A stretch of DNA of 58,547 bases. Origin: Eledone cirrhosa (taxonomy: Eukaryota). Each line of letters begins with the position of its first letter. Within the stretch, counting starts at the first letter, position 1. The stretch is taken from assembly GCA_964016885.1 (NCBI GenBank), contig CAXHJY010001718.1:1-58547 (forward strand), given 5' to 3'. The translations under genes and the position numbers were made by a program. A model generated the notes under the pieces. The model was not told the origin of the DNA, ran no database searches, and saw only the letters and a program-made list of their open reading frames with translations. Positions 1-11,561 of the stretch are shown here, piece after piece.

Positions 1-226
1 ACTATTGATTTTACGGAGATATCTGGCTGAAATTCACGCCACACATAGCCAATGAGTGTCTGCACATGTACCAGTAATTACAGATCGATCCGACCACGGG
101 CGGCCGGCCCGCGATTGAAAAGGTAAATCCGCCGGCTAATCGTCATTTTTGGATTCGTTTTCTTCGAAGCACACCATTTGCCGCGGACTTTGTTGACGTT
201 TAACACCGTTTGGTTCCACAGCCACA

Positions 227-453
227 ACTATTGATTTTACGGAGATATCTTGCTGAAATTCACGCCACACATAGCCAATGAGTGTCTGCACATGTACCAG
301 TAATTACAGATCGATCCGACCACGGGCGGCCGGCCCGCGATTGAAAAGGTAAATCCGCCGGCTAATCGTCATTTTTGGATTCGTTTTCTTCGAAGCACAC
401 CATTCGCCGGCGGACTTTGTTGACGTTTAACACGGTTTGGTTCCACAGCCACA
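227..453 (+). repeat. Reference 227-bp monomer (type b, the most common form)
   Basis: Carries CCATTCGCCGGCGGAC and AACACGGTTT. Manual count gives 110/227 G+C and 19 CpG. Confidence 0.97.
351..418. other. Imperfect inverted repeat within each 227-bp monomer (example copy)
   Basis: TCCGCCGGC (354-362) is the exact reverse complement of GCCGGCGGA (406-414). Further pairing is possible for AAT/ATT and GT/AC inside and AAA/TTT outside. Confidence 0.8.
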
Positions 454-680
454 ACTATTGATTTTACGGAGATATCTTGCTGAAATTCAAGCCACACATA
501 GCCAATGAGTGTCTGCACATGTACCAGTAATTACAGATCGATCCGACGACGGGCGGCCGGCCCGCGATTGAAAAGGTAAATCCGCCGGCTAATCGTCATT
601 TTTGGATTCGTTTTCTTCGAAGCACACCATTCGCCGGCGGACTTTGTTGACGTTTAACACGGTTTGGTTCCACAGCCAAA

Positions 681-906
681 ACTATTGATTTTACGGAGAT
701 ATCTTGCTGAAATTCACGCCACACATAGCCAATGAGTGTCTGCACATGTACCAGTAATTACAGATCGATCCGACCACGGGCGGCCGGCCCGCTATTGAAA
801 AGGTAAATCCGCCGGCTAATCGTCATTTTTGGATTCGTTTTCTTCGAAGCAAACCATTTGCCGCGGACTTTGTTGACGTTTAACACCGTTTGGTTCCACA
901 GCCACA
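681..906 (+). repeat. Reference 226-bp monomer (type d)
   Basis: Linked differences from type b: GCTATTG, AGCAAACC, CCATTTGCCGCGGAC (C>T plus 1-bp deletion) and AACACCGTTT. Confidence 0.96.
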
Positions 907-3900
907 ACTATTGATTTTACGGAGATATCTTGCTGAAATTCACGCCACACATAGCCAATGAGTGTCTGCACATGTACCAGTAATTACAGATCGATCCGAC
1001 CACGGGCGGCCGGCCCGCGATTGAAAAGGTAAATCCGCCGGCTAATCGTCATTTTTGGATTCGTTTTCTTCGAAGCACACCATTCGCCGGCGGACTTTGT
1101 TGACGTTTAACACGGTTTGGTTCCACAGCCACAACTATTGATTTTACGGAGATATCTTGCTGAAATTCACGCCACACATAGCCAATGAGTGTCTGCACAT
1201 GTACCAGTAATTACAGATCGATCCGACCACGGGCGGCCGGCCCGCGATTGAAAAGGTAAATCCGCCGGCTAATCGTCATTTTTGGATTCGTTTTCTTCGA
1301 AGCACACCATTCGCCGGCGGACTTTGTTGACGTTTAACACGGTTTGGTTCCACAGCCACAACTATTGATTTTACGGAGATATCTGGCTGAAATTCACGCC
1401 ACACATAGCCAATGAGTGTCTGCACATGTACCAGTAATTACAGATCGATCCGACCACGGGCGGCCGGCCCGCGATTGAAAAGGTAAATCCGCCGGCTAAT
1501 CGTCATTTTTGGATTCGTTTTCTTCGAAGCACACCATTTGCCGCGGACTTTGTTGACGTTTAACACCGTTTGGTTCCACAGCCACAACTATTGATTTTAC
1601 GGAGATATCTTGCTGAAATTCACGCCACACATAGCCAATGAGTGTCTGCACATGTACCAGTAATTACAGATCGATCCGACCACGGGCGGCCGGCCCGCGA
1701 TTGAAAAGGTAAATCCGCCGGCTAATCGTCATTTTTGGATTCGTTTTCTTCGAAGCACACCATTCGCCGGCGGACTTTGTTGACGTTTAACACGGTTTGG
1801 TTCCACAGCCACAACTATTGATTTTACGGAGATATCTTGCTGAAATTCACGCCACACATAGCCAATGAGTGTCTGCACATGTACCAGTAATTACAGATCG
1901 ATCCGACCACGGGCGGCCGGCCCGCTATTGAAAAGGTAAATCCGCCGGCTAATCGTCATTTTTGGATTCGTTTTCTTCGAAGCAAACCATTTGCCGCGGA
2001 CTTTGTTGACGTTTAACACCGTTTGGTTCCACAGCCACAACTATTGATTTTACGGAGATATCTTGCTGAAATTCACGCCACACATAGCCAATGAGTGTCT
2101 GCACATGTACCAGTAATTACAGATCGATCCGACCACGGGCGGCCGGCCCGCGATTGAAAAGGTAAATCCGCCGGCTAATCGTCATTTTTGGATTCGTTTT
2201 CTTCGAAGCACACCATTCGCCGGCGGACTTTGTTGACGTTTAACACGGTTTGGTTCCACAGCCACAACTATTGATTTTACGGAGATATCTGGCTGAAATT
2301 CACGCCACACATAGCCAATGAGTGTCTGCACATGTACCAGTAATTACAGATCGATCCGACCACGGGCGGCCGGCCCGCGATTGAAAAGGTAAATCCGCCG
2401 GCTAATCGTCATTTTTGGATTCGTTTTCTTCGAAGCACACCATTTGCCGCGGACTTTGTTGACGTTTAACACCGTTTGGTTCCACAGCCACAACTATTGA
2501 TTTTACGGAGATATCTTGCTGAAATTCACGCCACACATAGCCAATGAGTGTCTGCACATGTACCAGTAATTACAGATCGATCCGACCACGGGCGGCCGGC
2601 CCGCGATTGAAAAGGTAAATCCGCCGGCTAATCGTCATTTTTGGATTCGTTTTCTTCGAAGCACACCATTCGCCGGCGGACTTTGTTGACGTTTAACACG
2701 GTTTGGTTCCACAGCCACAACTATTGATTTTACGGAGATATCTTGCTGAAATTCAAGCCACACATAGCCAATGAGTGTCTGCACATGTACCAGTAATTAC
2801 AGATCGATCCGACCACGGGCGGCCGGCCCGCGATTGAAAAGGTAAATCCGCCGGCTAATCGTCATTTTTGGATTCGTTTTCTTCGAAGCACACCATTCGC
2901 CGGCGGACTTTGTTGACGTTTAACACGGTTTGGTTCCACAGCCACAACTATTGATTTTACGGAGATATCTGGCTGAAATTCACGCCACACATAGCCAATG
3001 AGTGTCTGCACATGTACCAGTAATTACAGATCGATCCGACCACGGGCGGCTGGCCCGCGATTGAAAAGGTAAATCCGCCGGCTAATCGTCATTTTTGGAT
3101 TCGTTTTCTTCGAAGCACACCATTCGCCGGCGGACTTTGTTGACGTTTAACACGGTTTGGTTCCACAGCCACAACTATTGATTTTACGGAGATATCTTGC
3201 TGAAATTCACGCCACACATAGCCAATGAGTGTCTGCACATGTACCAGTAATTACAGATCGATCCGACCACGGGCGGCCGGCCCGCTATTGAAAAGGTAAA
3301 TCCGCCGGCTAATCGTCATTTTTGGATTCGTTTTCTTCGAAGCAAACCATTTGCCGCGGACTTTGTTGACGTTTAACACCGTTTGGTTCCACAGCCACAA
3401 CTATTGATTTTACGGAGATATCTTGCTGAAATTCACGCCACACATAGCCAATGAGTGTCTGCACATGTACCAGTAATTACAGATCGATCCGACCACGGGC
3501 GGCCGGCCCGCGATTGAAAAGGTAAATCCGCCGGCTAATCGTCATTTTTGGATTCGTTTTCTTCGAAGCACACCATTCGCCGGCGGACTTTGTTGACGTT
3601 TAACACGGTTTGGTTCCACAGCCACAACTATTGATTTTACGGAGATATCTTGCTGAAATTCACGCCACACATAGCCAATGAGTGTCTGCACATGTACCAG
3701 TAATTACAGATCGATCCGACCACGGGCGGCCGGCCCGCGATTGAAAAGGTAAATCCGCCGGCTAATCGTCATTTTTGGATTCGTTTTCTTCGAAGCACAC
3801 CATTCGCCGGCGGACTTTGTTGACGTTTAACACGGTTTGGTTCCAAAGCCACAACTATTGATTTTACGGAGATATCTTGCTGAAATTCACGCCACACATA

Positions 3901-4760
3901 GCCAATGAGTGTCTGCACATGTACCAGTAATTACAGATCGATCCGACCACGGGCGGCCGGCCCGCTATTGAAAAGGTAAATCCGCCGGCTAATCGTCATT
4001 TTTGGATTCGTTTTCTTCGAAGCAAACCATTTGCCGCGGACTTTGTTGACGTTTAACACCGTTTGGTTCCACAGCCACAACTATTGATTTTACGGAGATA
4101 TCTTGCTGAAATTCACGCCACACATAGCCAATGAGTGTCTGCACATGTACCAGTAATTACAGATCGATCCGACCACGGGCGGCCGGCCCGCCATTGAAAA
4201 GGTAAATCCGCCGGCTAATCGTCATTTTTGGATTCGTTTTCTTCGAAGCACACCATTCGCCGGCGGACTTTGTTGACGTTTAACACGGTTTGGTTCCAAA
4301 GCCACAACTATTGATTTTACGGAGATATCTTGCTGAAATTCACGCCACACATAGCCAATGAGTGTCTGCACATGTACCAGTAATTACAGATCGATCCGAC
4401 CACGGGCGGCCGGCCCGCGATTGAAAAGGTAAATCCGCCGGCTAATCGTCATTTTTGGATTCGTTTTCTTCGAAGCACACCATTCGCCGGCGGACTTTGT
4501 TGACGTTTAACACGGTTTGGTTCCAAAGCCACAACTATTGATTTTACGGAGATATCTTGCTGAAATTCACGCCACACATAGCCAATGAGTGTCTGCACAT
4601 GTACCAGTAATTACAGATCGATCCGACCACGGGCGGCCGGCCCGCGATTGAAAAGGTAAATCCGCCGGCTAATCGTCATTTTTGGATTCGTTTTCTTCGA
4701 AGCACACCATTCGCCGGCGGACTTTGTTGACGTTTAACACGGTTTGGTTCCACAGCCACA

Positions 4761-7480
4761 ACTATTGATTTTACGGAGATATCTGGCTGAAATTCACGCC
4801 ACACATAGCCAATGAGTGTCTGCACATGTACCAGTAATTACAGATCGATCCGACCACGGGCGGCCGGCCCGCGATTGAAAAGGTAAATCCGCCGGCTAAT
4901 CGTCATTTTTGGATTCGTTTTCTTCGAAGCACACCATTTGCCGCGGACTTTGTTGACGTTTAACACCGTTTGGTTCCACAGCCACAACTATTGATTTTAC
5001 GGAGATATCTTGCTGAAATTCACGCCACACATAGCCAATGAGTGTCTGCACATGTACCAGTAATTACAGATCGATCCGACCACGGGCGGCCGGCCCGCGA
5101 TTGAAAAGGTAAATCCGCCGGCTAATCGTCATTTTTGGATTCGTTTTCTTCGAAGCACACCATTCGCCGGCGGACTTTGTTGACGTTTAACACGGTTTGG
5201 TTCCACAGCCACAACTATTGATTTTACGGAGATATCTTGCTGAAATTCAAGCCACACATAGCCAATGAGTGTCTGCACATGTACCAGTAATTACAGATCG
5301 ATCCGACCACGGGCGGCCGGCCCGCGATTGAAAAGGTAAATCCGCCGGCTAATCGTCATTTTTGGATTCGTTTTCTTCGAAGCACACCATTCGCCGGCGG
5401 ACTTTGTTGACGTTTAACACGGTTTGGTTCCACAGCCAAAACTATTGATTTTACGGAGATATCTTGCTGAAATTCACGCCACACATAGCCAATGAGTGTC
5501 TGCACATGTACCAGTAATTACAGATCGATCCGACCACGGGCGGCCGGCCCGCTATTGAAAAGGTAAATCCGCCGGCTAATCGTCATTTTTGGATTCGTTT
5601 TCTTCGAAGCAAACCATTTGCCGCGGACTTTGTTGACGTTTAACACCGTTTGGTTCCACAGCCACAACTATTGATTTTACGGAGATATCTTGCTGAAATT
5701 CACGCCACACATAGCCAATGAGTGTCTGCACATGTACCAGTAATTACAGATCGATCCGACCACGGGCGGCCGGCCCGCGATTGAAAAGGTAAATCCGCCG
5801 GCTAATCGTCATTTTTGGATTCGTTTTCTTCGAAGCACACCATTCGCCGGCGGACTTTGTTGACGTTTAACACGGTTTGGTTCCACAGCCACAACTATTG
5901 ATTTTACGGAGATATCTTGCTGAAATTCACGCCACACATAGCCAATGAGTGTCTGCACATGTACCAGTAATTACAGATCGATCCGACCACGGGCGGCCGG
6001 CCCGCGATTAAAAAGGTAAATCCGCCGGCTAATCGTCATTTTTGGATTCGTTTTCTTCGAAGCACACCATTCGCCGGCGGACTTTGTTGACGTTTAACAC
6101 GGTTTGGTTCCACAGCCACAACTATTGATTTTACGGAGATATCTGGCTGAAATTCACGCCACACATAGCCAATGAGTGTCTGCACATGTACCAGTAATTA
6201 CAGATCGATCCGACCACGGGCGGCCGGCCCGCGATTGAAAAGGTAAATCCGCCGGCTAATCGTCATTTTTGGATTCGTTTTCTTCGAAGCACACCATTTG
6301 CCGCGGACTTTGTTGACGTTTAACACCGTTTGGTTCCACAGCCACAACTATTGATTTTACGGAGATATCTTGCTGAAATTCACGCCACACATAGCCAATG
6401 AGTGTCTGCACATGTACCAGTAATTACAGATCGATCCGACCACGGGCGGCCGGCCCGCGATTGAAAAGGTAAATCCGCCGGCTAATCGTCATTTTTGGAT
6501 TCGTTTTCTTCGAAGCACACCATTCGCCGGCGGACTTTGTTGACGTTTAACACGGTTTGGTTCCACAGCCACAACTATTGATTTTACGGAGATATCTTGC
6601 TGAAATTCAAGCCACACATAGCCAATGAGTGTCTGCACATGTACCAGTAATTACAGATCGATCCGACCACGGGCGGCCGGCCCGCGATTGAAAAGGTAAA
6701 TCCGCCGGCTAATCGTCATTTTTGGATTCGTTTTCTTCGAAGCACACCATTCGCCGGCGGACTTTGTTGACGTTTAACACGGTTTGGTTCCACAGCCAAA
6801 ACTATTGATTTTACGGAGATATCTTGCTGAAATTCACGCCACACATAGCCAATGAGTGTCTGCACATGTACCAGTAATTACAGATCGATCCGACCACGGG
6901 CGGCCGGCCCGCTATTGAAAAGGTAAATCCGCCGGCTAATCGTCATTTTTGGATTCGTTTTCTTCGAAGCAAACCATTTGCCGCGGACTTTGTTGACGTT
7001 TAACACCGTTTGGTTCCACAGCCACAACTATTGATTTTACGGAGATATCTTGCTGAAATTCACGCCACACATAGCCAATGAGTGTCTGCACATGTACCAG
7101 TAATTACAGATCGATCCGACCACGGGCGGCCGGCCCGCGATTGAAAAGGTAAATCCGCCGGCTAATCGTCATTTTTGGATTCGTTTTCTTCGAAGCACAC
7201 CATTCGCCGGCGGACTTTGTTGACGTTTAACACGGTTTGGTTCCACAGCCACAACTATTGATTTTACGGAGATATCTTGCTGAAATTCACGCCACACATA
7301 GCCAATGAGTGTCTGCACATGTACCAGTAATTACAGATCGATCCGACCACGGGCGGCCGGCCCGCGATTGAAAAGGTAAATCCGCCGGCTAATCGTCATT
7401 TTTGGATTCGTTTTCTTCGAAGCACACCATTCGCCGGCGGACTTTGTTGACGTTTAACACGGTTTGGTTCCACAGCCACA
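4761..7480. repeat. Two tandem copies of the 1360-bp 6-mer higher-order repeat
   Basis: Type-a monomers start at 4761, 6121 and 7481. The two copies differ only at 6010 (G>A). Confidence 0.92.
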
Positions 7481-8840
7481 ACTATTGATTTTACGGAGAT
7501 ATCTGGCTGAAATTCACGCCACACATAGCCAATGAGTGTCTGCACATGTACCAGTAATTACAGATCGATCCGACCACGGGCGGCCGGCCCGCGATTGAAA
7601 AGGTAAATCCGCCGGCTAATCGTCATTTTTGGATTCGTTTTCTTCGAAGCACACCATTTGCCGCGGACTTTGTTGACGTTTAACACCGTTTGGTTCCACA
7701 GCCACAACTATTGATTTTACGGAGATATCTTGCTGAAATTCACGCCACACATAGCCAATGAGTGTCTGCACATGTACCAGTAATTACAGATCGATCCGAC
7801 CACGGGCGGCCGGCCCGCGATTGAAAAGGTAAATCCGCCGGCTAATCGTCATTTTTGGATTCGTTTTCTTCGAAGCACACCATTCGCCGGCGGACTTTGT
7901 TGACGTTTAACACGGTTTGGTTCCACAGCCACAACTATTGATTTTACGGAGATATCTTGCTGAAATTCAAGCCACACATAGCCAATGAGTGTCTGCACAT
8001 GTACCAGTAATTACAGATCGATCCGACCACGGGCGGCCGGCCCGCGATTGAAAAGGTAAATCCGCCGGCTAATCGTCATTTTTGGATTCGTTTTCTTCGA
8101 AGCACACCATTCGCCGGCGGACTTTGTTGACGTTTAACACGGTTTGGTTCCACAGCCACAACTATTGATTTTACGGAGATATCTGGCTGAAATTCACGCC
8201 ACACATAGCCAATGAGTGTCTGCACATGTACCAGTAATTACAGATCGATCCGACCACGGGCGGCTGGCCCGCGATTGAAAAGGTAAATCCGCCGGCTAAT
8301 CGTCATTTTTGGATTCGTTTTCTTCGAAGCACACCATTCGCCGGCGGACTTTGTTGACGTTTAACACGGTTTGGTTCCACAGCCACAACTATTGATTTTA
8401 CGGAGATATCTTGCTGAAATTCACGCCACACATAGCCAATGAGTGTCTGCACATGTACCAGTAATTACAGATCGATCCGACCACGGGCGGCCGGCCCGCT
8501 ATTGAAAAGGTAAATCCGCCGGCTAATCGTCATTTTTGGATTCGTTTTCTTCGAAGCAAACCATTTGCCGCGGACTTTGTTGACGTTTAACACCGTTTGG
8601 TTCCACAGCCACAACTATTGATTTTACGGAGATATCTTGCTGAAATTCACGCCACACATAGCCAATGAGTGTCTGCACATGTACCAGTAATTACAGATCG
8701 ATCCGACCACGGGCGGCCGGCCCGCGATTGAAAAGGTAAATCCGCCGGCTAATCGTCATTTTTGGATTCGTTTTCTTCGAAGCACACCATTCGCCGGCGG
8801 ACTTTGTTGACGTTTAACACGGTTTGGTTCCACAGCCACA

Positions 8841-10426
8841 ACTATTGATTTTACGGAGATATCTTGCTGAAATTCACGCCACACATAGCCAATGAGTGTC
8901 TGCACATGTACCAGTAATTACAGATCGATCCGACCACGGGCGGCCGGCCCGCGATTGAAAAGGTAAATCCGCCGGCTAATCGTCATTTTTGGATTCGTTT
9001 TCTTCGAAGCACACCATTCGCCGGCGGACTTTGTTGACGTTTAACACGGTTTGGTTCCAAAGCCACAACTATTGATTTTACGGAGATATCTTGCTGAAAT
9101 TCACGCCACACATAGCCAATGAGTGTCTGCACATGTACCAGTAATTACAGATCGATCCGACCACGGGCGGCCGGCCCGCTATTGAAAAGGTAAATCCGCC
9201 GGCTAATCGTCATTTTTGGATTCGTTTTCTTCGAAGCAAACCATTTGCCGCGGACTTTGTTGACGTTTAACACCGTTTGGTTCCACAGCCACAACTATTG
9301 ATTTTACGGAGATATCTTGCTGAAATTCACGCCACACATAGCCAATGAGTGTCTGCACATGTACCAGTAATTACAGATCGATCCGACCACGGGCGGCCGG
9401 CCCGCGATTGAAAAGGTAAATCCGCCGGCTAATCGTCATTTTTGGATTCGTTTTCTTCGAAGCACACCATTCGCCGGCGGACTTTGTTGACGTTTAACAC
9501 GGTTTGGTTCCAAAGCCACAACTATTGATTTTACGGAGATATCTTGCTGAAATTCACGCCACACATAGCCAATGAGTGTCTGCACATGTACCAGTAATTA
9601 CAGATCGATCCGACCACGGGCGGCCGGCCCGCTATTGAAAAGGTAAATCCGCCGGCTAATCGTCATTTTTGGATTCGTTTTCTTCGAAGCAAACCATTTG
9701 CCGCGGACTTTGTTGACGTTTAACACCGTTTGGTTCCACAGCCACAACTATTGATTTTACGGAGATATCTTGCTGAAATTCACGCCACACATAGCCAATG
9801 AGTGTCTGCACATGTACCAGTAATTACAGATCGATCCGACCACGGGCGGCCGGCCCGCGATTGAAAAGGTAAATCCGCCGGCTAATCGTCATTTTTGGAT
9901 TCGTTTTCTTCGAAGCACACCATTCGCCGGCGGACTTTGTTGACGTTTAACACGGTTTGGTTCCAAAGCCACAACTATTGATTTTACGGAGATATCTTGC
10001 TGAAATTCACGCCACACATAGCCAATGAGTGTCTGCACATGTACCAGTAATTACAGATCGATCCGACCACGGGCGGCCGGCCCGCTATTGAAAAGGTAAA
10101 TCCGCCGGCTAATCGTCATTTTTGGATTCGTTTTCTTCGAAGCAAACCATTTGCCGCGGACTTTGTTGACGTTTAACACCGTTTGGTTCCACAGCCACAA
10201 CTATTGATTTTACGGAGATATCTTGCTGAAATTCACGCCACACATAGCCAATGAGTGTCTGCACATGTACCAGTAATTACAGATCGATCCGACCACGGGC
10301 GGCCGGCCCGCGATTGAAAAGGTAAATCCGCCGGCTAATCGTCATTTTTGGATTCGTTTTCTTCGAAGCACACCATTCGCCGGCGGACTTTGTTGACGTT
10401 TAACACGGTTTGGTTCCAAAGCCACA
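8841..10426. repeat. 453-bp dimeric higher-order repeat run (q-d)n
   Basis: Order q-d-q-d-q-d-q. TCCAAAG monomers alternate with GCTATT 226-bp monomers. Confidence 0.9.
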
Positions 10427-11561
10427 ACTATTGATTTTACGGAGATATCTTGCTGAAATTCACGCCACACATAGCCAATGAGTGTCTGCACATGTACCAG
10501 TAATTACAGATCGATCCGACCACGGGCGGCCGGCCCGCGATTGAAAAGGTAAATCCGCCGGCTAATCGTCATTTTTGGATTCGTTTTCTTCGAAGCACAC
10601 CATTCGCCGGCGGACTTTGTTGACGTTTAACACGGTTTGGTTCCACAGCCACAACTATTGATTTTACGGAGATATCTGGCTGAAATTCACGCCACACATA
10701 GCCAATGAGTGTCTGCACATGTACCAGTAATTACAGATCGATCCGACCACGGGCGGCCGGCCCGCGATTGAAAAGGTAAATCCGCCGGCTAATCGTCATT
10801 TTTGGATTCGTTTTCTTCGAAGCACACCATTCGCCGGCGGACTTTGTTGACGTTTAACACGGTTTGGTTCCACAGCCACAACTATTGATTTTACGGAGAT
10901 ATCTGGCTGAAATTCACGCCACACATAGCCAATGAGTGTCTGCACATGTACCAGTAATTACAGATCGATCCGACCACGGGCGGCCGGCCCGCGATTGAAA
11001 AGGTAAATCCGCCGGCTAATCGTCATTTTTGGATTCGTTTTCTTCGAAGCACACCATTCGCCGGCGGACTTTGTTGACGTTTAACACGGTTTGGTTCCAC
11101 AGCCACAACTATTGATTTTACGGAGATATCTTGCTGAAATTCAAGCCACACATAGCCAATGAGTGTCTGCACATGTACCAGTAATTACAGATCGATCCGA
11201 CCACGGGCGGCCGGCCCGCGATTGAAAAGGTAAATCCGCCGGCTAATCGTCATTTTTGGATTCGTTTTCTTCGAAGCACACCATTCGCCGGCGGACTTTG
11301 TTGACGTTTAACACGGTTTGGTTCCACAGCCACAACTATTGATTTTACGGAGATATCTGGCTGAAATTCACGCCACACATAGCCAATGAGTGTCTGCACA
11401 TGTACCAGTAATTACAGATCGATCCGACCACGGGCGGCTGGCCCGCGATTGAAAAGGTAAATCCGCCGGCTAATCGTCATTTTTGGATTCGTTTTCTTCG
11501 AAGCACACCATTCGCCGGCGGACTTTGTTGACGTTTAACACGGTTTGGTTCCACAGCCACA

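Larger units (their letters stand above)
1..1360. repeat. One copy of the 6-mer higher-order repeat a-b-cA-d-b-b (1360 bp)
   Basis: The variant order matches copies at 4761-6120, 6121-7480, 20625-21984, 28560-29919 and 42840-44199. Confidence 0.92.

Noticed and set aside
53-61. TGAGTGTCT, which resembles part of the euglenid spliced leader as I recall it
   Set aside because: It is only 9 nt, the flanks do not match, and it is not followed by a donor at the expected position.
231-250. U5 snRNA loop I resemblance (GATTTTACGGAGAT)
   Set aside because: The invariant GCCUUUUAC is not matched and no enclosing U5 stem is evident.
379-395. CENP-B box-like ATTCGTTTTCTTCGAAG
   Set aside because: It matches only 6 of the 9 essential positions of TTCG-N4-A-N2-CGGG.
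227-453. 5S rRNA, tRNA or Pol III SINE repeat
   Set aside because: I see no 5S similarity or cloverleaf. GGTTCCACAGCC only loosely resembles a B box (GGTTCGANTCC) and has no convincing A box.
227-453. Hammerhead ribozyme as found in some transcribed satellites
   Set aside because: I found no CUGANGA core on either strand.
420-460. Bacterial sigma70 -35-like TTGACG
   Set aside because: There is no properly spaced -10 hexamer and no downstream gene. The context is satellite DNA.
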